Below, piece by piece: positions 9,893 through 18,721 of a stretch of DNA of 28,158 bases (positions are counted from its first letter, which is position 1; each line of letters opens with the position of its first letter). Both the position numbers and the translations under genes were made by a program. The stretch is from Candidatus Methylomirabilia bacterium. GTDB lineage: Bacteria > Methylomirabilota > Methylomirabilia > Rokubacteriales > CSP1-6. A model generated the notes under the pieces. It was given only the letters and a program-made list of their open reading frames with translations, did not search any database and was not told the origin of the DNA. Location of the stretch: positions 1-28,158 of the forward strand of contig JBGQHJ010000057.1 of assembly GCA_041497895.1 (NCBI GenBank), given 5' to 3'.

Positions 9893-11673
9893 TTCCGTTC
9901 GGCATTGTCGTCGCCACCGTGCTGTGCTTCCTGCCCGCGCTATCCGGGACCTTCCTCAACTGGGACGACAACGTGAATTTCCTGGACAACCCCGCCTACC
10001 AGGGGCTGGGGCGCGAGCAGGTGCGCTGGGCCTTCAGCAGCGTCCTGTTCGGTCACTACATCCCGCTCACGCGGCTGACGTGGAGCCTCAACTTCGTCCT
10101 GGGCGGCATGAACCCGTGGGGCTATCACCTGGTGAACGTGCTGGTGCACGCGGCGAACGCGGCCATCTTCTACGTCGTGGCCCGTCGGCTGCTGGCCGCC
10201 GCCACGACCGGAGGCGCCCAGGAGGCCCGGCGTCGGCCGGAGATCGAGGCCGGGGCAGCGGTGGCTGCAATCGTCTTCGGTGTCCATCCGCTCCGGGTGG
10301 AGCCGGTCAGCTGGATAACCGGCCGGGCCGACCTGCTCTGTACCGTGTTCGCACTCGTGGCGGTGTGGAGCTACCTTCGAAGCGTCGAGAAGGCCGGTCC
10401 GGCGCGGCCCGGCCACGTGCTCGGCTCCGCACTGGCTCTCGCCGCCGCCCTGCTGTCGAAGGGGATCGCGCTTCCGCTGCCGGCGGCCCTCTTCCTGCTC
10501 GATGTCTACCCACTCCGCCGTTTCGGCCGGCAGGGCTGGCGGACCCTGGTGCGGGAGAAGATCCCGGTCCTCCTGGTCGGCCTCGCGGGAGCGGGGGTCA
10601 TCCTGTACGCCCTCCGATACGGAGCCCTGCTGACCCAGACCTCGACGTACGGCCTCGTCGCCCGGGGCTGCGCGGCCGGCTACAGCTTCACGATGTCCCT
10701 CGCAAGGTTCATCTGGCCCGCCTCGCTGTCGCCGCTCTACGAGATGCCGGCGCGCATCAGCCCGACCGACGCCCGGTTCGGCCTGGGCGTCGCGGCCGCG
10801 ATCGCGATCACCGTGGGATTGATCGCACTCCGGAAGCGCTGGCCGGGCGGCCTCGCGGCATGGACATTCTCGTGCCTGATGCTCGCCCCCACGAGCCTCG
10901 CGGTGCGGCAGGGGGCGGATCTCGCACCGGATCGCTACAGCTACCTCGCCGGGCTGGGCTTCGCCGTCGTCGTGGGCGGCGCGGCGCTGGGCGGGCTACG
11001 ACTCGCGCAGCGCGGCGCCCTCGCGCCGCCGGTTGCCTGGATGGCCGCGATGACCGGCCTCGCCGCGCTGCTGGGGCTGGGCGCCGCGTCCTTCAGCTTT
11101 GCCCAGGTCTGGGCGCAGTCCGAGAGCCTGTGGCGGTGGGCAGTCGAGCTCGATCCCACGTGCAGCGTCTGCCAGGGCAAGCTGGGCGAGAGCGTGCTCG
11201 AGGGGCCCGGAGGGACGGCGCGGGTCGGGGAGGCTGAAGCCTACTTTCGACGCGCCATCGCCCTCCGCCCGGATCTGCCCGACGCGTACTTCAACCTCGG
11301 CACCGCCCTCGTGATCCAGCGCCGCTACCCGGAGGCCGAGGGACCGCTCCGGAGCTACATGGAGCGGGTTCCCCAGGCCGCGGCGGGACCGGAGCGTCTG
11401 GGCCTCCTCTACCTGCTCGAGGGGCGCTACGAGGAGGCGATCCCGCTCCTCCGTAGCGCCTTCATCCGCAAGCCCGCCACCACCCTGCTGCGCGGCTACC
11501 TGATCCAGGCGCTCCAGGCGCGAGCCCGGGAGCTCGAGACGCAGGGGCGTGGCGGCGAGGCCGGCGGGCTCCTGGCCGAGGCCCGCGCCCTCGGCGGCAT
11601 CCCGGCGGCAGGCCAGGCGCGGCCGGACGCGGTGGCGCCCCGGCCCGGGCCCGGACGGGCGGACGGTCCATGA
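9889..11673 (+). CDS. TMTC-like GT-C membrane glycosyltransferase with C-terminal TPRs (paralog 3)
   Basis: FLNWDD, HYIPLT, GYHLVNVLVH, HPLRVEPVSWITGRAD, LLSK, DRYSYL, WAQSESLW, CSVC and TPRs. ATGA overlap with the upstream gene. Confidence 0.82.
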   Translation: MIPFGIVVATVLCFLPALSGTFLNWDDNVNFLDNPAYQGLGREQVRWAFSSVLFGHYIPLTRLTWSLNFVLGGMNPWGYHLVNVLVHAANAAIFYVVARRLLAAATTGGAQEARRRPEIEAGAAVAAIVFGVHPLRVEPVSWITGRADLLCTVFALVAVWSYLRSVEKAGPARPGHVLGSALALAAALLSKGIALPLPAALFLLDVYPLRRFGRQGWRTLVREKIPVLLVGLAGAGVILYALRYGALLTQTSTYGLVARGCAAGYSFTMSLARFIWPASLSPLYEMPARISPTDARFGLGVAAAIAITVGLIALRKRWPGGLAAWTFSCLMLAPTSLAVRQGADLAPDRYSYLAGLGFAVVVGGAALGGLRLAQRGALAPPVAWMAAMTGLAALLGLGAASFSFAQVWAQSESLWRWAVELDPTCSVCQGKLGESVLEGPGGTARVGEAEAYFRRAIALRPDLPDAYFNLGTALVIQRRYPEAEGPLRSYMERVPQAAAGPERLGLLYLLEGRYEEAIPLLRSAFIRKPATTLLRGYLIQALQARARELETQGRGGEAGGLLAEARALGGIPAAGQARPDAVAPRPGPGRADGP

Positions 11674-13625
11674 CCCGCGGGCGCCGCCTCGGGCTCCTGG
11701 TACCGCTGGCGATCTTCGCCATCACCGTGGCCGTGTTCCTCCCGGCGTTGCAGGGCCAGTTCCTCAACTGGGACGACAGCACGCTCTTCACGAAGAACCA
11801 CGACTTCCGGGGGCTCGGCGGTCCACAGCTGCGCTGGATGTTCACCACCACGCTCGCCGGGCACTACATGCCGCTGACCTGGCTCACGCTCGGCCTCAAC
11901 CATGCCCTCGGCGGGATGGATCCGTGGGGGTATCACCTCGCGGCGATGCTGCTCCACGCGACCAACGCGGCCCTGTTCTATCTGGTCGCTCGCCGGATCC
12001 TCGCGGCGGCGGTCGGCCCCGCCGAGACCGGCGGGACCCGGGTCGACGGGCATCCGGCCGAGGTGACCGCCGGCGCCGCGCTCGCCGCGCTCGTCTTCGC
12101 GATCCATCCCCAGCGGGTGGAATCGGTCGCGTGGGTCACCGAGCGGGGTACCCTCGTGAGCGGCGCGCTGTATCTCGTCGCGGTGCTCGGCTACCTGCGC
12201 GCGGCGGCGACCACCGGCGACATCCGGTGGCGCTGGTGGGGCGTCTGCTCGGTCGCCGCGTTCGCGGCGGCGCTCCTGGGCAAGGGCATGGCCATCAGCC
12301 TGCCCGCGACCCTGCTGATCCTCGACCTCTACCCCCTGCGACGCGCGCACGGCCGGTGGTGGGCGATGATCCGCGAGAAGGCGCCCTACATCGTGGTCGC
12401 GGCGCTGGGCGCGCTCCTTGTCCTGTTCGCGCGGAACCGGGGTGCCGAGTGGAGCGCCTTCTCACAGTTCGGCATCGACGCGCGGCTCGCCTTCGCCGCG
12501 TACAGCTTCTGGTTCTATCCAGCGAGCACGATCTGGCCGATCGGGCTCTCGCCGCTCCACGAGGTGCCGGTGAACCCGGGGCTGCTGCAGGGCCGCTTCC
12601 TGGCCCCCCTCCTGGGGCTCCTCGCGGTCACCGCGATCCTCGTCGTCCTGAGGCGGCGGGCGCCGGGGGCGCTCGCGGCGTGGGCTCATTCGGCGGTGGT
12701 GGTGCTGCCGGTGAGCGGGATCGCCCACTCCGGCAGCCAGCTCGTCTCCGACCGTTACAGCTACCTCGCCGGGCTCGGCTGGGCCCTCCTCGCGGGCTAC
12801 GGCGTGATCTGGGCGGTGCGCCTTCGGCGCCAGGGTCGTCTGAGCGGATGGGTCTCGGCGGTCGGCGCCATCGGTGTCGTGCTCCTGGTGGCGGCACTGG
12901 CGCTCGGCACCTGGGGGCAGAGCGGGACCTGGCGGGACTCCGAGACGCTCTGGCGCTGGGCGACCGAGCAGGACCCCAAGTGCGCCATGTGCGAGGCGAT
13001 CCTGGGCGAGGCGATCGTCTACGGCGCCCCAGGCGGCCGCGTGCGCCTCGACGAGGGCGAAGCCCACGTCCGCCGCGCGATCGCGCTGCGGCCGACGATG
13101 CCCCTGCCCCACTACACGCTCGGCACGATGCGCCTGGCCCGCGGCGAGTACGCCGACGCGGAGGCGAGCCTCCGGACCTACATCCAGCTCGCTCCCGGCC
13201 TGAGCCAGGGGCCGGCGCGGCTGGCCCTCATCTACCTCGTGCAGGGCCGCAGCGCGGACGCGCTACCGCTTCTCCGGCGGGCACAGGAGCTCGAGCATCG
13301 GCCTACCGGGGACCTGAAGCCGCTTGCTGCGACCCCCGGGAGCGCGGCCACCGACGACCCGGCCTTCGTCGAGGCGATCCGGCTCGTGGGCGACCGATGG
13401 GAGGACCTCGAGTACCTGGGGCAGGCGCTAGTCCAGCAGGGCAAGGCGGCCAGAGCGGTGGTACCGCTCGAGCGCGCCTCGGCCCTGACCCCGAGCGCGG
13501 CGGGCCCGCGAGTCTGGCTGGTGCAGGCTTACGAGGCGGCCGGCCGGCCCGACCGGGCCCGGGAGGAGCTGGCCGCGCTGCGCCGTCTCGATCCGGCGGC
13601 GGCCGGGCGGCTCTCCGTCCGTTGA
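11670..13625 (+). CDS. TMTC-like GT-C membrane glycosyltransferase with C-terminal TPRs (paralog 4)
   Basis: FLNWDD, HYMPLT, GYHLAAMLLH, HPQRVESVAWVTER, LLGK, DRYSYL, WRDSETLW, CAMC and TPRs. ATGA overlap with the upstream gene. Confidence 0.82.
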   Translation: MTRGRRLGLLVPLAIFAITVAVFLPALQGQFLNWDDSTLFTKNHDFRGLGGPQLRWMFTTTLAGHYMPLTWLTLGLNHALGGMDPWGYHLAAMLLHATNAALFYLVARRILAAAVGPAETGGTRVDGHPAEVTAGAALAALVFAIHPQRVESVAWVTERGTLVSGALYLVAVLGYLRAAATTGDIRWRWWGVCSVAAFAAALLGKGMAISLPATLLILDLYPLRRAHGRWWAMIREKAPYIVVAALGALLVLFARNRGAEWSAFSQFGIDARLAFAAYSFWFYPASTIWPIGLSPLHEVPVNPGLLQGRFLAPLLGLLAVTAILVVLRRRAPGALAAWAHSAVVVLPVSGIAHSGSQLVSDRYSYLAGLGWALLAGYGVIWAVRLRRQGRLSGWVSAVGAIGVVLLVAALALGTWGQSGTWRDSETLWRWATEQDPKCAMCEAILGEAIVYGAPGGRVRLDEGEAHVRRAIALRPTMPLPHYTLGTMRLARGEYADAEASLRTYIQLAPGLSQGPARLALIYLVQGRSADALPLLRRAQELEHRPTGDLKPLAATPGSAATDDPAFVEAIRLVGDRWEDLEYLGQALVQQGKAARAVVPLERASALTPSAAGPRVWLVQAYEAAGRPDRAREELAALRRLDPAAAGRLSVR

Positions 13626-13649
13626 CCGCCCTGGAGAAACCGCTATAAT
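13622..13649 (+). promoter_or_regulatory. Sigma70-type promoter TTGACC-N16-TATAAT upstream of the liv operon
   Basis: TTGACC at 13622-13627 (contains the TGA stop of paralog 4), 16-nt spacer, perfect TATAAT at 13644-13649. A strong RBS AGGAGGAGGAG follows at 13685-13695. Confidence 0.8.
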
Positions 13650-13698
13650 GGCCGCGCTCGAACCTACCCGTTCGCTCTGGTCCAAGGAGGAGGAGCCG

Positions 13699-14892
13699 AT
13701 GAGAATGCCGCGACTACGCCTGGTCATCGCTTTGATCGCCGCACTGGCGCTGGTGCTCCCGGTGGCCTCCGTCGCCGACGCCCAGTCGAAGGGCACCATC
13801 AAGATCGCCACCCAGAGCCCGCTCTCGGGCGGCCAGGCCGTACTCGGGGAAGGCATCAAGCTGGGGGCCCAGCTGGCGGTCGACAAGATGAAGGGCAACC
13901 TCGAGAAGATGGGCTACAAGGTCGACTTCGTGCCGTTCGACGACCAGGCCAAGCCCGACGTCGGCGTCGCCAACGCCAAGAACATCATCGCCGACAAGGA
14001 CATCATGGTGGTCATCGGCCACCTGAACTCGGGCGTGGCGATCCCCTCCTCCGAGGTCTACAAGGAAGTCACCCTCGCGATGATCTCGCCGGCCAACACC
14101 AACCCGGTCGTGACCGATCGCAACTACCCGAACGTGAACCGGGTGTGCGGCCGCGACGACGTGCAGGGGGTGGTGGGCTCCGAGTTCGCGCATGGGACCC
14201 TCAAGGTCAAGAGCGCCTACATCGTGCACGACAAGACCCAGTACGGGCAGAGCATCGCCGAGTTCTTCAAGGCGGACGCCGAGAAGAAGGGCGTCAAGGT
14301 CGTGGGCTTCGAGGGCACCGAAGAGAAGTCCAACTTCGACCCGCTGTTGACCCCGATCAAGGCCAAGAACCCCGACATCATCTACTTCGGCGGCATCTAC
14401 GATCAGGGGGCGCCGTTCTTCAAGCAGGCGCGCGAGAAGGGCATCAAGTCCAAGTTCATGGGACCCGACGGGATGGACTCGTCGGACCTGACCAAGATCG
14501 CGGGCAAGGCGGTGGTGGGCATGAACTACACCTCCGCGGCGGGCCCGGCCTCCGCGCTGCCCAAGGCGAAGGCGTTCGTGGACGCCTTCAAGAAGAAGTT
14601 CAGCAAGAACCCCGAGCCCTACGCGGCCGAGGCCTACGACGCGACCACCATCGCGATCAAGGCGATCGAGGACGTGGCCAAGACCGGCAAGATGAGCCGG
14701 GAGGCCGTCTCGGCGGCGGTCCGCAAGGTCAAGCTCTCCGGGATCACCGGCGACATCGCGTTCGACGCGAAGGGCGACCGGCTGAAGGCCCAGTACTTCG
14801 TGCTGACGGTGGCGAGCGACAACCCCGAGAAGTGGGGAGACAACAAGATCGTCAAGCAGCTCACGATCGCGCCCCCGGCGGCGGCCAAGTAG
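13699..14892 (+). CDS. livK: Branched-chain amino acid ABC transporter substrate-binding protein (LivJ/K family)
   Basis: Signal peptide (MRMPRLRL-hydrophobic-ADA/Q), IKIATQSPLSG, DDQAKP, VIGHLNSGV, HDKTQYG and YAAEAYDA. Strong RBS before ATG 13699. The symbol is family-level and the substrate is not established. Confidence 0.92.
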   Translation: MRMPRLRLVIALIAALALVLPVASVADAQSKGTIKIATQSPLSGGQAVLGEGIKLGAQLAVDKMKGNLEKMGYKVDFVPFDDQAKPDVGVANAKNIIADKDIMVVIGHLNSGVAIPSSEVYKEVTLAMISPANTNPVVTDRNYPNVNRVCGRDDVQGVVGSEFAHGTLKVKSAYIVHDKTQYGQSIAEFFKADAEKKGVKVVGFEGTEEKSNFDPLLTPIKAKNPDIIYFGGIYDQGAPFFKQAREKGIKSKFMGPDGMDSSDLTKIAGKAVVGMNYTSAAGPASALPKAKAFVDAFKKKFSKNPEPYAAEAYDATTIAIKAIEDVAKTGKMSREAVSAAVRKVKLSGITGDIAFDAKGDRLKAQYFVLTVASDNPEKWGDNKIVKQLTIAPPAAAK

Positions 14893-14913
14893 CAGCCACG
14901 CACGCGGTCATCG

Positions 14914-14943
14914 GCGGGAGGGGCGATCTCACGCCCCTCCCGC
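14914..14943 (+). other. Perfect 12-bp GC-rich stem-loop between the binding-protein and permease genes
   Basis: GCGGGAGGGGCG (14914-14925), loop ATCTCA, CGCCCCTCCCGC (14932-14943). There is no U-tract, so an mRNA-stabilising or attenuating element is more likely than a classical terminator. Confidence 0.75.
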
Positions 14944-14970
14944 TCTCCCCCGCCTTCCCGTCGAGTGCCG

Positions 14971-15942
14971 ATGGACTTTGACATCCTGATCGGCATCTTC
15001 CCGCAGGTCCTCCTGGACGGCATCATCCTGGGCTTCATGTACGCCCTCATCGCGCTCGGGTACACCATGGTGTACGGGGTACTCGAGTTCATCAACTTCG
15101 CCCACTCCGAGATCTTCATCATCGGAGCCTTCGTGGGGGTCGAGATCTTGCTGTCGTTCAAGGCGGCGGGCTGGCTCGACGTGCTGCCGTGGGCGCTGGT
15201 GCTCGTCATCATCCTGGTGGCGGGCATGCTGGTGAGCGGCGTCGTCGCGGTGGTGATCGAGCGCACCGCGTACCGGCCCCTGCGCCACGCGCCCCGCCTC
15301 ATCCCGCTCATCTCCGCGATCGGGGTCTCATTCTTCCTCCAGGACGTGATCCGGCTCTTCGAGTCGCTCTGGCGCAACTCCTTCAATCTCGTATACCCCA
15401 CCATGGAGGTCCTCAACCACCGCTTCGAACTGACCGACACCATCGACGTCTCGGTCAAGTCGCTCGTGGTCATGGTAGCCGCCCTCTTCATGCTCTGGGG
15501 CCTGCACACGCTGGTCAACCGGACCCGGGTGGGCAAGGCGATTCGAGCGGTGGCGGAGGACCAGGCCGCCGCGTCGCTCATGGGCATCAACGTCAACCGG
15601 ATCATCTCGCTGACCTTCCTCATCGGCGGGGCGATGGGCGGGGGTGCGGGGGTGCTCTTCGGCGTGCAGTACAGCCTGATCAACCCCTACACCGGCTTCA
15701 TCCCGGGGCTCAAGGCCTTCACCGCGGCGGTGCTCGGCGGCATCGGCAACGTCCCGGGGGCGATGCTGGGCGGGCTCGTGCTCGGGCTGCTCGAGGCCTT
15801 CGCCGCCTCCTACCTGTCGCTCCTGACCGGCGGCGCCTTCGGGGCCGAGTACAAGGACATCTTCGCGTTCTCGATCCTCATCCTGATCCTCATCTTCAGG
15901 CCGAAGGGCCTCCTGGGAGAGATCGTCCGCGAGCGGGCATGA
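14971..15942 (+). CDS. livH: Branched-chain amino acid ABC transporter permease
   Basis: YALIALGYTMVYGVLEFINFAH, IERTAYRPLR, GKAIRAVAED...LMGINVN and KAFTAAVLGGIGN. Alternative GTG start at 14965. Confidence 0.95.
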   Translation: MDFDILIGIFPQVLLDGIILGFMYALIALGYTMVYGVLEFINFAHSEIFIIGAFVGVEILLSFKAAGWLDVLPWALVLVIILVAGMLVSGVVAVVIERTAYRPLRHAPRLIPLISAIGVSFFLQDVIRLFESLWRNSFNLVYPTMEVLNHRFELTDTIDVSVKSLVVMVAALFMLWGLHTLVNRTRVGKAIRAVAEDQAAASLMGINVNRIISLTFLIGGAMGGGAGVLFGVQYSLINPYTGFIPGLKAFTAAVLGGIGNVPGAMLGGLVLGLLEAFAASYLSLLTGGAFGAEYKDIFAFSILILILIFRPKGLLGEIVRERA

Positions 15943-17204
15943 TCAAGGAGATCCTGGATCGCCCGGTGCCCGCGACCGTGCTGGTGGTCGCGCTGCTGCT
16001 GGTCACCACCTGGGGCGTCACCTACAGTCCCCGCTCGATCGTACTGTTCATGATGTTCCAGGGCTCGATCCTGCTGCTCTACTTCGCCCGGATGCCGACC
16101 GCGCTGAAGGCGACCCTCACGATCCTCACCCTGGGCGTGCTGATGCCGGTCCTCGGCACGATCAACGCGTACTACATGGAGATCGCGACCCAGGTCGGGA
16201 TCTTCGTGGCGCTCGCGCTGGGGCTCAACATCGTGGTGGGGCTGGCCGGCCTGCTCGACCTGGGCTACGTCGCGTTCTTCGCGGTCGGAGCCTACTCGTG
16301 GGCGATCTTCGGCTCGCCCCAGGCCAACCTGATCTTCGGCGGCAGCCATTTCCCGCTCAGCGGATGGTGGTTCTTCGTGTTCCTCTTCGTGGGCGTGGCG
16401 GTGGCGGCCGGCGCGGGAATCCTGCTCGGGCTGCCGGTGCTCCGGCTGCACGGCGACTACCTGGCGCTGGTCACCCTCGGCTTCGGAGAGGTGATCCGCG
16501 TCCTCGCCAACAACCTCGACAAGCCGATCAACCTCACCAACGGCCCCAAGGGCATCACCCCGATCAACCGGCCGCCGATCTTCTTCGCCCCGCTGCTGCA
16601 GTGGCTCGGGATCGACCCGGACCCGAATGTGGTCTATCCCCTCTACCTGTACGGGCTCGTGCTCCTGATCGTGGGCGCGACGGTTCTCGCCAACCGGCGC
16701 CTGGAGGACTCGCACATCGGGCGGGCCTGGGAGGCGATCCGCGAGGACCAGACCGCGGCGCAGGCCATGGGGGTGCCCCTGGTGCGGATGAAGCTCCTCG
16801 CCTTCGCCTGCGGGGCCTCCTTCGCAGGCACGGTCGGGGTGCTCTTCTCGGCCAAGCAGATCTTCATCAACCCCGAGTCGTTCACCTTCATGGAGTCGAT
16901 CGGCGTGCTCGCCATGATCATCCTGGGCGGCATGGGCTCGATCCCGGGCGCGATCCTGGGCGCCGCCGTCGTCACCATCCTCAACCTCCAGATCCTGAAG
17001 GGCCTCTCGCTCTGGCTCAACGAGCTGCGCAACGCGGGCACCGTGATCCTCGGCTACAACCTCACCAACCTGCCCACCCAGCTCGAGCCGGCCAAGTACG
17101 AGCGGATGATCTTCGGCCTCATCCTCGTCCTGATGATGATCTTCCGGCCCCAGGGCATCCTCCCGGCCAAGCGCCGGCACCGGGAGCTCGAGGAGGAGCG
17201 CTGA
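15939..17204 (+). CDS. livM: Branched-chain amino acid ABC transporter permease
   Basis: ALGLNIVVGLAGLLDLGYVAFFAVGAY, LRLHGDYLALVTLGFGE, GRAWEAIRED and FRPQGILP. ATG 15939 overlaps the livH stop (ATGA). Confidence 0.95.
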   Translation: MIKEILDRPVPATVLVVALLLVTTWGVTYSPRSIVLFMMFQGSILLLYFARMPTALKATLTILTLGVLMPVLGTINAYYMEIATQVGIFVALALGLNIVVGLAGLLDLGYVAFFAVGAYSWAIFGSPQANLIFGGSHFPLSGWWFFVFLFVGVAVAAGAGILLGLPVLRLHGDYLALVTLGFGEVIRVLANNLDKPINLTNGPKGITPINRPPIFFAPLLQWLGIDPDPNVVYPLYLYGLVLLIVGATVLANRRLEDSHIGRAWEAIREDQTAAQAMGVPLVRMKLLAFACGASFAGTVGVLFSAKQIFINPESFTFMESIGVLAMIILGGMGSIPGAILGAAVVTILNLQILKGLSLWLNELRNAGTVILGYNLTNLPTQLEPAKYERMIFGLILVLMMIFRPQGILPAKRRHRELEEER

Positions 17205-18007
17205 TGGCGCTGCTCGAGGCCCGCGGTGTGAGCAAGCGGTTCGGCGGGCTGACCGCGCTCAACGCGGTGGACTTCACCCTCGAGGAGGGCCACATCGCCT
17301 CGATCATCGGGCCCAACGGAGCGGGCAAGACCACCTTCTTCAACGTGTTCACCGGCATCTACATCCCGGAGGAAGGCACCGTCCTCTTCCGCGACACCGC
17401 GGTGCTGGGCCGGCGCCCCGACCAGATCACCGAGCTCGGCATCTGCCGCACTTTCCAGAACATCCGCCTCTTCTCCCGCATGACCGCCATCGAGAACGTG
17501 CTGGTCGGCATGCACAGCCGCGTGCCCTTGACCTTCTGGGACGTGATCGCCCGGAACGCGCGCTGGCGCGAGCACGAGCGCCGGCAGTGGGAGCAGGGGG
17601 GCGAGCTGCTCGCGGTGGCCGGGCTCCGGGAGAAGGCGAACGAGCTCGCCCGCAACCTGCCCTACGGCGAGCAGCGCCGGCTCGAGCTGGCCCGGGCCCT
17701 CGCCTCCAACCCCGCCCTGCTGCTGCTCGACGAGCCGACCGCGGGCATGACCCAGGGCGAGGCCCGCAGCCTGATGGCCCTGCTGCGGCGCCTCGTCGAG
17801 GAGCGGAAGCTCACGCTCCTGCTCATCGAGCACAACATGCGGGTGGTGATGGAGGTCTCGGACCGGGTCACCGTCCTCGACTACGGCGAGAAGATCGCGG
17901 AGGGACGGCCCACCGAGGTGCAGAAGAACCCGCGGGTGATCGAGGCCTACCTCGGCCGGCGCCAGTGGACTCCGGGGGCGGGCACCGCCGGGAGCGCGCA
18001 TGCTTGA
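17204..18007 (+). CDS. livG: Branched-chain amino acid ABC transporter ATP-binding protein
   Basis: Walker A GPNGAGKTT, RTFQNIRLF, LPYGEQRRLE, LLLDEP, IEH and VIEAYLG. TGATG overlap with livM. Confidence 0.96.
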   Translation: MALLEARGVSKRFGGLTALNAVDFTLEEGHIASIIGPNGAGKTTFFNVFTGIYIPEEGTVLFRDTAVLGRRPDQITELGICRTFQNIRLFSRMTAIENVLVGMHSRVPLTFWDVIARNARWREHERRQWEQGGELLAVAGLREKANELARNLPYGEQRRLELARALASNPALLLLDEPTAGMTQGEARSLMALLRRLVEERKLTLLLIEHNMRVVMEVSDRVTVLDYGEKIAEGRPTEVQKNPRVIEAYLGRRQWTPGAGTAGSAHA

Positions 18008-18707
18008 GGTGACGGATCTCCATGTCTACTACGGCGAGATCCACGCGCTCAAGGGAATCTCCTTCCGGGTGGGCCAGGGAGAGATCGTCACGCTGCTCGG
18101 CAACAACGGGGCGGGCAAGACCACGACCCTGCGCACGCTCTCCGGTCTCCTCGCCCCGCGGCAGGGCGACGTGCGATTCGAGGGCTCCTCGCTCCTGGGC
18201 ATCGCGCCCCACGACGTCGTGTTGAAGGGCATCACCCACGTGCCCGAGGGTCGCCGCATCTTCAACCGCCTGAGCGTGGTCGAGAATCTCGAGATGGGCG
18301 CTTACACCCGGGCCGACTCCGCCGCCATCGCCCGGGACATGGACCACGTCTTCACGATCTTCCCGCGTCTCAAGGAGCGCCGCAGCCAGGTGGCGGGGAC
18401 GCTCTCCGGCGGAGAGCAGCAGATGCTCGCCATCGGGCGGGCCCTCATGGCCCGGCCGCGTCTGCTCCTCCTGGACGAGCCCTCCATGGGCCTGGCCCCG
18501 GTGCTCGTCGAGCAGATCTTCGAGACCGTGCTCGCCATCAACCGGCAGGGCGTCACCATCCTGCTCGTGGAGCAGAACGCGGCCATGGCCCTGTCCATCG
18601 CCGAGCGCGGCTACGTGCTGGAGACCGGGCGCCTGCCCCTCGAAGGCGGCGCGCGCGAGCTGGCCGAGAACCCCGAAGTGCGCCGAGCCTATTTGGGCGA
18701 GGCCTGA
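18000..18707 (+). CDS. livF: Branched-chain amino acid ABC transporter ATP-binding protein
   Basis: GNNGAGKTT, VPEGRRIF, LSGGEQQMLA, LLLDEPSMGLAP, VEQN and VRRAYLG. Confidence 0.96.
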   Translation: MLEVTDLHVYYGEIHALKGISFRVGQGEIVTLLGNNGAGKTTTLRTLSGLLAPRQGDVRFEGSSLLGIAPHDVVLKGITHVPEGRRIFNRLSVVENLEMGAYTRADSAAIARDMDHVFTIFPRLKERRSQVAGTLSGGEQQMLAIGRALMARPRLLLLDEPSMGLAPVLVEQIFETVLAINRQGVTILLVEQNAAMALSIAERGYVLETGRLPLEGGARELAENPEVRRAYLGEA

Positions 18708-18721
18708 TCCCGGAGGAGCGC

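Noticed and set aside
15189..17203. Long N-terminal extensions on livM (from 15189) and livG (from 16298), suggesting fusions or frameshifts
   Set aside because: The extensions are off-frame read-through of the upstream gene. Proper ATG starts overlap the preceding stops at 15939 and 17204.
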